Counted from the first letter of the stretch, positions 53,169 through 62,107 are shown. The stretch: DNA of 64,000 bases from Basidiobolus meristosporus CBS 931.73 (GCA_002104905.1 MCFE01000016.1:187233-251232); one strand, 5' to 3'. Numbers and translations are program-made. Notes: generated by a model from the sequence alone, not told the origin.

Positions 53169-54163
53169 ATGTATGAATACCGCAACCTACTTGTTTCTAG
53201 CTTGGCTGCAGTCGTTGCACGTATCTTGACTCATCCATGTAAGGCTACGAATGCTGTGCGTATGTATAATTATTCTGACACACCTTCCAAATGTTAGTGG
53301 ACACGCTCAAGACCCGCTCACAAATTTCAAGCAATAATGAAAGTCTTCTTTACACTCTGCAAAAGATATTAGCTCTTGAATCCTTTTGGGCTCTCTACAA
53401 GGGCTTGGGAATTGCACTACTCTTTAACGTGCCTGCTTTGACGGTGTTCCTAAATACTTACGATTTGGCCAAGTACCTAATTTCATTTCATACGGGTCTT
53501 AGTTCGAAATCCTTTTTGAATCACATGATATCTGGCTGTTTGGCGGAGATCGTTTCAGGCTTTCTATGGACTCCTATGGAGGTCATCAAGATCAAGCTTC
53601 AGGCGTCCACAGCCAAGGTGTTCGAATTTCATGAGGAGGAGACTCTTGGGCTGGCAAATACAGGGTCAACAAAGTGTTCTCGATATGATACTGTACAAAC
53701 TACAGCAGGTACGATACGAAACATTCTGGCAGTTGAAGGGGTGGCTGGGTTTTTCAAAGGATACTGGCTAAGCCTTATGGTGTTTATACCGAATTCAATG
53801 ATATATTTCGTATCTTATGAATACTTCAAATCTCTCTTCTTTTCGCTCGCATTCCCCAACAGTACTCCTAATGCCATCCCAGCAACCTTACTGGCAGCAT
53901 CCATTTACGCATTGTCCGCTATACTATCATGCACTGTGGCTGCGGCAATAAGCAATATTCCTGATGTTATCAAAACCCGTTGGCAAGTTCTTGACCAGCA
54001 CGAACGCGAAGAATATGGCAGCTCCCTGGCTATGGTAATTCATATGTGGAGAACAGAAGGAGGGTTGTTTGCATTCACTCAAGGAATTGGCGCACGTATT
54101 GCATATATAACTCCTAGTATGGTTACATCTATGACAATATTTGATCTGTTGAAGAGATCTTAA
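53169..54163 (+). CDS. Mitochondrial carrier family (SLC25) protein; one intron near 53238-53297
   Basis: Three Px[DE]xx[KR] signatures: HP-DTLKTR, TPMEVIKIK, IPDVIKTR. Confidence 0.9.
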
Positions 54164-54379
54164 TCCTGAAACTACTATATTAAATCCTTTTTTCTTGATT
54201 TACAAATGGCCTCAAAGTATTGGACTTGATGCATTATACTGGGCTACATAGCTCTTGTGCTGCCATAGCATGCCCAGGAATGCCTATGGAGCCTGTTGAT
54301 CCTATATTCAGCCACATAACAAGTAGTACTTTCCTAAACCTTAATGCATAGCAACCCCAAGGCTTCACCTGCCTATCTA

Positions 54380-54754
54380 GAGAAGCTTAATATTTGGACT
54401 CTTCTAAGTTAACAAGAGCAATGATAGTTCTTCAGTGCTCAAGACACTGTTCAGTAGGAAGGTGGGTAGCAAGAGGGGTAGGAATAATATATGAGCAACA
54501 TTAATAAGGGAATATGATAGGAATCAATACTTGTCATAAAGGAAAGGTGCTGTCTCAGATATTGCTTCCAAAGGTGTGTCAAGCATTTCTGGTAGGCCAA
54601 CTTGGGCTTTTCTTACTGCAGAGTATAGTTGGCAAACTTCTTGACATCTGGATCACCAAGTATAGTTCTCCAGCAGGAGCCAGGTATAGTGTGGTTAGTT
54701 CTCTTCCAGGCCATGATCAGTGGATTGTTGCAGTGGTGAGTCTGCACTATAATC
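54380..54754 (-). pseudogene. Decayed ORF2 C-terminal fragment of a relative of the telomeric LINE
   Basis: NPLIMAWKRTNHTIPGSCWRTILG..*EKPKLAYQKCLTHLWKQYLRQH aligns by eye with LINE NPSIKQWLQSNSSLKSSCWHTLVG..EKPRLLAQDHLRSMWQSYLQVH; stop and frameshift present. Confidence 0.7.
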
Positions 54755-55417
54755 TGTTGTAAAAATTCGTATTTTCCACCTAAATATTCACCTAACTTAG
54801 TCACTTAGATCACCACCTTCAAATTCTAGAGAATACTGACCAAATTCCTTGTTGGGATTTACTTAGAATATTTTCACCAAAATGCCAGGTACCCAGAACA
54901 TGAAAATTCTCAAAGTTGTCCAAATAGCCCCAAACTTTGCACACATGTTCTTGGGACCTTCCTTAACCTATTCTACGTGTTTGTAATGCCAAGACCATGT
55001 AAAAGTATCAATACTACTTTTACATTCAATAAATCATTAAGTGAAAACCACATAATCTACTTGTTCTCCAAATCACTTCCAATATCTCCAAGACTCTTAC
55101 AACAGGTTATGAGCCCCAAGCTGTCACTCTCTGCAATGTCTACTACTGCTATTACTGGAATTTTTCCCTCTGCTGAAAAGTTGGATGGATCTAACTACCA
55201 AGTGTGGAAGGTGAAGATGAAGATGCTGCTGCAAGAAAGAGGCCTTTGGGATATTGTCATGGGAGAAGAATGCCCTCCTAAAAACGTGGGAGAGGAAGCC
55301 TTAAAGTACCAGAAGAAAGAACAAAGTGCCTTTAACTGCATTTGCCTTAATGTCAAGGACAAATTGCTAATTCAATGCTCAAGAGCAAAAACGGCAAAGA
55401 ATGCCTGGAAGGCACTT
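54755..55417 (+). mobile_element. 5'-LTR (family A) + PBS + truncated gag of a Ty1/Copia element
   Basis: LTR 54755-55104; PBS GGTTATGAGCCC at 55105; gag from ATG 55109 (KLDGSNYQVWKVKMKMLLQERGLWDIV..TAKNAWKAL) cut by TTAGGG. Confidence 0.92.
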
Positions 55418-55551
55418 AGGGTTAGGGGGAGGGAAAGTCCCCAAGGTAGGTGAAATCTTTATTTGAATGCAGACAAGTCTAACTACAAATAAAGAAGCCA
55501 GCTGGGAATAGAAGATTCCCAAAGTAAACACTAAGTTGAATATGAATAAAT

Positions 55552-56280
55552 CTAAGCTAAAGTTAAGGCAGTATCCCAGAGTACACTGGAGTTCAGGTTC
55601 ATGTGGGAGTGAAGTAGATAAGCTTGAGAGATATAATAATCTTTGAGGAAGTGGGTAACAGCAGGTGAAGGGGAGTTTTTGATAAGTGAAGTGAATCTTG
55701 AGAGCAGAGATTCCTCTAATGAGAAGGTCTTGTAAACTGGAGAATCAGGAAACTCTTTAAAGGCATGGTCAGTAGGTTCCCAGTAGAACTGGTCAGAGAC
55801 ATTTTGAGAGAACTCTTTAGCAATACTTTTGTCAAGTACTACCTCCAGAGTGTGATGGTTGATAAATCTCATGTTAACAATCTTGGATAAATTGTAACCT
55901 TGTTGCTTGAGATACATCCTATGCTCAGATATAGGAATGAACTCCACATTGGCAAAGTAGCAGACAGCCCAGTCAGTAGCAGGAGGCAAATCAGAAGTAG
56001 TAGGAAACTTTCTTTTAGTCTTGGGAGGAGCGGCAGGATGTCTTGAGGAAGCAGGAACAGGCTTTTTGACAGCCTCAGAGTAGGAAGAGTGAGCAGGAGC
56101 AGATGATTCTTGGGGAGTCTTGTCGACAGGAACCGTTGGCTGAGAGACAATAGATTCTTGCAGATCAGAGAAGGCAGAAAACAGCTTTTGAACTTGTTTC
56201 TTGAGTAAAGCATTTTCAGCTTCAACAAGTGCAAGCCTTTCCTCAAGGAAGGAAATCTGAAGGGAATGGAGTGAAGGCAT
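55552..56280 (-). CDS. ORF1-like protein, 242 aa (coiled coil + domain homologous to LINE ORF1 C-terminus)
   Basis: LEERLALVEAENALLKKQVQKL coiled coil; WAVCYFANV..ISEHR..SKIVNM..LEVVLD matches LINE ORF1 WSLLYFANV..ISNIR..SKIVNL..LEMIVD. Confidence 0.8.
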   Translation of the reverse strand: MPSLHSLQISFLEERLALVEAENALLKKQVQKLFSAFSDLQESIVSQPTVPVDKTPQESSAPAHSSYSEAVKKPVPASSRHPAAPPKTKRKFPTTSDLPPATDWAVCYFANVEFIPISEHRMYLKQQGYNLSKIVNMRFINHHTLEVVLDKSIAKEFSQNVSDQFYWEPTDHAFKEFPDSPVYKTFSLEESLLSRFTSLIKNSPSPAVTHFLKDYYISQAYLLHSHMNLNSSVLWDTALTLA

Positions 56281-56321
56281 AAGAAATAAGAAGAAGAGGG
56301 TAAGATGGGGTGGGAGGGTGG

Positions 56322-56873
56322 GAAAATTAGCAGGGAGAAGAGAAGGAAGGAGCAAAAATTCCAGAAGTCAGAATTTATAGATGGATGGACAAGGGTAGAT
56401 GGATGGATTATTCCTAGGTTAGGAAAATTAGCAGGGAGAAGAGAAGGAAGGAGCAAAAATTCCAGAAGTCAGAATTTATAGATGGATGGACAAGGGTAGA
56501 TGGATGGATTATTCCTAGGTTAGGAAAATTAGCAGGGAGAAGAGAAGGAAGGAGCAAAAATTCCAGAAGTCAGAATTTATAGATGGATGGACAAGGGTAG
56601 ATGGATGGATTATTCCTAGGTTAGGAAAATTAGCAGGGAGAAGAGAAGGAAGGAGCAAAAATTCCAGAAGTCAGAATTTATAGATGGATGGACAAGGGTA
56701 GATGGATGGATTATTCCTAGGTTAGGAAAATTAGCAGGGAGAAGAGAAGGAAGGAGCAAAAATTCCAGAAGTCAGAATTTATAGATGGATGGACAAGGGT
56801 AGATGGATGGATTATTCCTAGGTTAGGAAAATTAGCAGGGAGAAGAGAAGGAAGGAGCAAAATTCCGGAAGTC
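56322..56873. repeat. 101-bp tandem monomers, 5 full + 1 partial
   Basis: GAAAATTAG starts at 56322, 56423, 56524, 56625, 56726, 56827. Confidence 0.97.
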
Positions 56874-56920
56874 TTAGGGTTAGGGGAGGGAAAGTCACCA
56901 AGGTAGGTGAAATCTTTATT
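56874..56920 (-). mobile_element. Telomere-array unit 2: 3'-tail-only stub (~47 bp)
   Basis: TTAGGGTTAGGGGAGGGAAAGTCACCAAGGTAGGTGAAATCTTTATT, followed directly by the next TTAGGG. Confidence 0.85.
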
Positions 56921-57008
56921 TAGGGGGAGGGAAAGTCACCAAGTTGGTGAAATCTTTATTTGAGTTAAGAACTAATCTAGGTACAAATAAAGAAGCCAAT
57001 TAAGAGGT

Positions 57009-59858
57009 CTAGAACCTCTCTAATAAGTAATCTAATTTATGTTTTGTTTCATCTCTTATGTTTGTTTCAATAAAGTAAAGCTCATCAGGGGTAAATATAA
57101 AATTCAGGGGTTTTGGGGGAAGTACAAATTGTAGATGTTTCTGATCAATATAATCCAAGACTGGAACCCAGCCTGGGATTAGGTGTAGTAGGAAAGGTGT
57201 GTGGACTTGTAAGTAGCTCTGCCACATAGATCTTAGATGGTCCTGAGCCAGTAGTCTTGGTTTCTCAGCTTTTTGAAGTTTTGAAGCAAGCTCTGTTACT
57301 ACAGCAGAGCCAACCAGGGTGTGCCAGCAAGAAGATTTCAGGGAGGAGTTAGATTGAAGCCATTGTTTGATGGAGGGGTTATGTGATTTCTGAAGTTTGA
57401 CTAGGAAGGAAGCACGGAGATAGACCATTCGGATTTGGTATGGGTAGAAGCCAAAGGCTCCATTAGTTGCATGGATATAGGGAGATACTGGAAGATAAGG
57501 TACCAAGGATCTGATACACTGATGGAGAAATTTATCCAGGCGGTGAAGTTCTCTGGAGGTTAGGGGTATAATGTGGAGACCAAACTCAAGTACCGGCAGT
57601 ACATACTGCTTCAGAAGTATAGGGATCTTTTGAATTGGAGTGTCTGGAGTGACTACTACCAGAAGCTTTTTGAGAGCCTGTTGAGCAAGACGGATCCTAT
57701 TATTCAGGTGGAGCTTTGAGTCAATCCCATGTTGACAAAATGGCAGACCTAGATATATTGCAGTTTGTTGTGGCAGAATGCTAGTGTTCTGTATAGTTGT
57801 AGTGCATCCAATTGGGACTGTCTTGGAAATTGAGAGTGAGAGGTTGTTGGCAGCCAAGTACTTCTCAATGATGGCAGTGTCTGCTATGGGATTAGGAGTA
57901 GCAATCTTGATATCATCCGCATAGAGAGTTAGTAGTGGATAGGGAGAGTCTGGTGAGGGGCCTTTTGGAAATAAAGGAAAGTCATGTAGGAATATCACAA
58001 ATAGTAAGGGACCTAGTACAGATCCTTGGACTACTCCATTTGGAACCTCATAAGTCTCTGATGTACAACTTGGATGCAAAATTTTGGCTGAGTTCTCACA
58101 AAATAGAGAACGTACAAGAAGGGTCATTGGTAGTGTGGTAACTGCTAATAGCTTTCTCCAAAGCAGAGCTCTGTCCACAGAGTCAAAGGCTTTAGTAATG
58201 TCAAACAGAATGGTTGGAAATGAGAATTGAAGTGAATGATCATGGCTTAGCACTACAGCCATATCCAAGGAGAGTTTGGGCAAGAAGCCAAACTGAGAAG
58301 GATGGAATGGATATAGTTGAGATTGCAAGGACCTTGCAATTATAAGCTCAAAGATTTTCCGGCAGGTTGGCAGGAGTGAAACTGGCCGGTAAGAACCTGG
58401 GAGTGAGTGTTTCCCCTTCCCTTTGTATAAGGGTATTACATTTGCCTGTGACCAGGCCTTTGGGGTAGTCAATTGTTGGGCACAGATAGAGTAGAATGGG
58501 AGAAGTAAGTGACTCATTTTGGAGTAGCACACCCGGAGTAGATCGTAGGTAATCAAGTCATGTCCAGGTGCAGTATTTGCAGGAAGCTTCTTTAAAATTT
58601 TCTCCAGAAGCTTTGCTGAAACCAAAATTGGAGATGTTGGACTGCTAGATATGTTACCAGTATGGTAGAAAGGAGGAGTGGGATGCACGGTTGAATCAAA
58701 GAATATAGGGGCCAGTTTGTCTGGTGATGGTATACTCCTTGCTTGGGGTCTCATGGCTTTATATACTCTTGATATGGACCTTGTGGTGGCATTCATATTT
58801 ACTAAGGGCAAGGTATCCATGATATGAGCCCATAATCTAGTGTGCTCAGTGATCTGTAGTGACTTGGAGTAGGAGATTGCGCTTTCCAGGAGGTTCTGTG
58901 TTTTTGGGTCAGGGAAACATAGGTAGCTGGAATTTAAGGCAGAAATGATGGATTTCCATTTAAGTTGGTTTGCAGATGGCTTTTGGTAGGACTTGGTGGG
59001 CAGGGCCAGACAGCCAGTGATTATGATGAAATGCTGGTAAAATAGCCATAATGCATTTATATCATCACAAATCCATGCAGGTAAGCTGGGAAATGCATAT
59101 TCTGTAAGCAAGGATAGGTAGCTGGCAAAGTCCTGTGTCTGTGATACTGAAGCTTTGGCTGGCAGGATTGTAAATGGCTGAAGAAGGGTGCCAATTGGTA
59201 GGGTTTTTCTGGCAGAAATGATAATATGTATTGGCTTGTGATCAGATTTCTCTAGTGAACCACAGCTGATATCCTCTGGAATGCTTGTAACCTGGTGGAT
59301 GTATTGTAAGGCAGCTGGAGTAGCTGTTACCCAGTCAACACAACGTTGAGCTTGCTGAGTGTTTACAGTGACCAGATGGTTTTGTCGGAGGAACTTTGTA
59401 AAGTGCTCCTCTCTAGTTCTAAGTCTGGATGAAATAGTGGTGATATTTTCAGGGTGGGGAATATTTATATCTCCCACTACCATACAAGGGATTGATGAGC
59501 TGTTAATGAATTCTGATGTGGCCAAGAAAATTGCCAGTGTTATGGAGTTAGACAGAGATGGAGGGAGATAGATAATAATGGCTACTATAGTTGGAAGTGT
59601 TAGAGCATAGCAGTAATACTCATAGATGATGGATACATTTGCTGAGGGTGCAAGCTTAGAAGATGAAAGAGCAACAAGTGCCATTGAGTGAGCTGGAAAT
59701 CTTGGGTGAGCAGATGAATATGCATTCAGTCTAGAGGGAAGTTTTGGCAACTTAACATCAATTAGTAGGAGCAAGGAATATTCCTTTTTCAGTAAGTTTT
59801 CTAATTCAGCTACAGTTGGAGTGATGGAGTTGCAATTGAGTAAGAGTATGTTTTGTAG
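57009..59858 (-). CDS. LINE ORF2: APE-like endonuclease + reverse transcriptase, no initiator ATG
   Basis: ILLLNCNS, IYLPP, GDIN, CVDWV, SDH (EN); APGHDLITY, YRPVSLL, QFGF, DITKAFDSV, GVVQGSVLGPLLF, YADD (57912-57923), YLG (RT). Confidence 0.92.
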   Translation of the reverse strand, partial: LQNILLLNCNSITPTVAELENLLKKEYSLLLLIDVKLPKLPSRLNAYSSAHPRFPAHSMALVALSSSKLAPSANVSIIYEYYCYALTLPTIVAIIIYLPPSLSNSITLAIFLATSEFINSSSIPCMVVGDINIPHPENITTISSRLRTREEHFTKFLRQNHLVTVNTQQAQRCVDWVTATPAALQYIHQVTSIPEDISCGSLEKSDHKPIHIIISARKTLPIGTLLQPFTILPAKASVSQTQDFASYLSLLTEYAFPSLPAWICDDINALWLFYQHFIIITGCLALPTKSYQKPSANQLKWKSIISALNSSYLCFPDPKTQNLLESAISYSKSLQITEHTRLWAHIMDTLPLVNMNATTRSISRVYKAMRPQARSIPSPDKLAPIFFDSTVHPTPPFYHTGNISSSPTSPILVSAKLLEKILKKLPANTAPGHDLITYDLLRVCYSKMSHLLLPFYSICAQQLTTPKAWSQANVIPLYKGKGKHSLPGSYRPVSLLPTCRKIFELIIARSLQSQLYPFHPSQFGFLPKLSLDMAVVLSHDHSLQFSFPTILFDITKAFDSVDRALLWRKLLAVTTLPMTLLVRSLFCENSAKILHPSCTSETYEVPNGVVQGSVLGPLLFVIFLHDFPLFPKGPSPDSPYPLLTLYADDIKIATPNPIADTAIIEKYLAANNLSLSISKTVPIGCTTTIQNTSILPQQTAIYLGLPFCQHGIDSKLHLNNRIRLAQQALKKLLVVVTPDTPIQKIPILLKQYVLPVLEFGLHIIPLTSRELHRLDKFLHQCIRSLVPYLPVSPYIHATNGAFGFYPYQIRMVYLRASFLVKLQKSHNPSIKQWLQSNSSLKSSCWHTLVGSAVVTELASKLQKAEKPRLLAQDHLRSMWQSYLQVHTPFLLHLIPGWVPVLDYIDQKHLQFVLPPKPLNFIFTPDELYFIETNIRDETKHKLDYLLERF

Positions 59859-61517
59859 TCAGGCAGACTCTGAGGTTGCCTGTTCCTGCTGAAACTCTTG
59901 CACTGCCCTTTGTAAATTTCCAGAATTATTCCACAACTCTTCAAATGGAGCTTGTGTAATGTCTTTCAGGATTCTAATTGCTTCCTCTTTCAAGAAGTAG
60001 GCCACATCATAGGTTGGAGCCTGTTTCTAAATGGCAGCAAAGAAAGCCATAATTGCCATGTGAGCTGGGGGCTTGTTGAATATTCCTGGCTCAGTGTCCA
60101 TTGACTCTGGTGGAATGATTGTGAATTTGGTAGACACCCAGTTTAGATTTTTTGCCAGATACTTAGTCAATGCAGTGGAGAAGTTTCTGTCCACAATCAT
60201 TTCTAGGATCTTTCCTCTTCTCCAAGCTAGGTTAACAATTTTTGAAGTGTCAATATTTAGAGAGCGGAATGTATGTCTGATGTTTGATATAGTAGTCCAT
60301 GGAACATTGGCAAAGTATAGCAAGGACCAATTCTGGAGCTGAGGTAAGTTTGCTGGAGGCTTATAGGTAGACTTCCTGGCAGGTTGTGTGGTAGGCTTTA
60401 GTGTTTCCAAGGTAGCAAGTTGTGGTTGAGACTTTTTAGAATTACGTATGACTTTGGAAAGAATTCTGCCAGCAACTGTGTCAGGAATGTTAGTACTTGT
60501 TGATGGTGCAGGGCCTGGCTCCTGGTACTGCTTTTGTAGAATACTTGAGTATGTCTCTTTTTGTTTTCCTTTATCCAAGGTGCTATGCCTTGGAATGGGA
60601 TTTTGGGGAATAGAGACTTCAGGTATCAACTCTGGGGTCTGGTGATTGTCCAACATTGTTGCTTGAGCTTCCAGCTTTTCCTCTAAGATTTGAACTCTCT
60701 GCTTAAGCTCATCATTTGACGCTATAAGTGTGGCATTGTTTGGAGCCAGGTCAGGTGTTGAGTTATGAAGGCAGGTTGAGCAGCGTTCTAACTCCTTTGT
60801 TTGGTCATCCAACTTTTCTTCTAAGGTTTGAACCCTCAATTTGAGTGCACCATTTGAGGTTAGAAGCTCCAAGTTATCAGCCTGCAACTTCTTTAGATCC
60901 CTAAATATCTCAAATATCTGTGCCTGCAAGTCTTTAGCAGTGATATTTCTGATGGGTACTATTTCCTCTAGGAGTTCTTCTTGAGCCAGGTGAGCATTGG
61001 GACTTGAGCACTCTACTGAAGGAGTTGCTGGAATTTCCTCAATGTCTGACAAAACTCCTTCACTTGCAGCATCAGTTGTATGATTATCCTGAGTAGCAGC
61101 AACAACCTCAAGTTCACAAGGACCAGTTGAAGTAAAACATTTCTTGGGTGGGACTATCTCAAGAGGCTTGGGTGGGACTTTTGCTTTGAATGGTGAGGTA
61201 CTAGGATCAAGAATTGGGACTGGGACAGAAGCTATGGTGTCTATTTCAGCAGCAGTTGCTGTAGAGCTACTGGGGCTCTGACTGGCTGGTTTTTTGGTCT
61301 TTGCCTTCACTCCTGCTACCAACTGGTCAAGACCACAAATCTTTGTACAGGCCTTGCATTGGACCTGCTTGACCTTATTCTTGCCAGCACGGCCATTGAG
61401 CTTCCATTTGCCTCTGATACCACAGGCAGTGCAGTCAAGTTTTGAATACCATCTTCTGAAGAGAGTCAGATCCTCTTTTTCCTCACTGGTAAGAATCACC
61501 TTACTTTGTGGAGGCAT
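59859..61517 (-). CDS. LINE ORF1 (C-x2-C-x21-C-x2-C zinc site, coiled coils, conserved C-terminal domain); in-frame TAG at 60027-60029 in this copy
   Basis: CTAC..CKAC; LKLRVQTLEEKL coiled coils; homology with the ORF1-only proteins continues past the TAG up to TGA at 59859-59861. Confidence 0.8.
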
Positions 61518-61579
61518 ATTTCAATTTCCTAAAAAAAAAAAAAACAAAATGAGAATCTTTAGTGTGATGTAGTCTCTAT

Positions 61580-62107
61580 GGTTAGGGGGGAGGAAAGTCA
61601 CCAAGTGGTGAAATCTTTATTTACTTATGACAAGTATCTAAAGAAGCCAAGTTAATCTGAAGTTATTCCTAGAAAGCTAGGTCTGAGAGATATCTTCCTG
61701 GTAAGCCAGGTCTGAGAGTTGAGAAGCTGAGTGGTACTATATTTCCTAGTTAGCTAGGTCTGAGAGAGGTTTCCTGGAAAGCCAGGCCTGAGAAGTGAGA
61801 ATCTGAATATATCTGAGCTAAGTTATACTGGTTTGCGGTAGCTGAATTGTGGCCGGAATGGCCAGTAGACTGGGGGAACTGAGAAGAATTTCTGGGCAAT
61901 CACTGGCCATATTTACTAGGCAAATCTGGCCAATTAGCATTTCAAGGATCTCAGCCAATCAGAGCCTTTACTTTGCCCGATGGTTGATCAAGCCATCTCC
62001 CAATGAGCACACATCAATTTATTAATCAAATTTTGCAGGATCCAGGATTTGAACCCACAACCATGGGTATGGAAGGGTTAGGGATAACCACAAGGCTAAG
62101 TGTTCTT
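61580..62107 (-). mobile_element. Telomere-array unit 4: tRNA-headed SINE-like element (528 bp)
   Basis: Minus strand: A-box-like TAGCCTTGTGG, B-box GGTTCAAATCC (62045-62055); shared 3' tail; non-coding; no T4 on the minus strand. Confidence 0.75.

Larger units (their letters stand above)
55416..56873 (-). mobile_element. Telomere-array unit 1: non-autonomous ORF1-only retroelement (type B)
   Basis: (TTAGGG)2 plus shared tail at left; single ORF; 101-bp monomers at right; no RT. Confidence 0.85.
56920..61579 (-). mobile_element. Telomere-array unit 3: APE-RT non-LTR retrotransposon (ORF1 + ORF2 in one frame)
   Basis: Shared tail at left; ORF2 with EN and RT motifs; ORF1; ~62-nt leader; GGTTAGGG at right. 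Confidence 0.92.

Noticed and set aside
55869-56456. 195-aa minus-strand ORF and the extended start of the 55552-56355 ORF
   Set aside because: They run through the 101-bp monomers and overlap the real ORF in another frame; the start at ATG 56280 matches the type C paralog
56322-56873. CRISPR-like or simple satellite interpretation of the tandem repeats
   Set aside because: No unique spacers; eukaryotic context; the repeats form the 5' part of retroelements
57009-59858. Penelope-like (Athena/Coprina) or telomerase identity for the RT; hammerhead ribozyme in the tails
   Set aside because: N-terminal APE motifs and LINE-type RT motifs are present; no CTGATGA...GAAA core was found in the tails
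61531-61544. Poly(A) tail of a plus-strand retrocopy
   Set aside because: No plus-strand element or TSD adjoins it; it lies in the LINE leader
62035-62107. Bona fide tRNA gene
   Set aside because: Acceptor and anticodon stems do not pair and the T-stem is degenerate; it sits in a repeated unit with a retroelement tail
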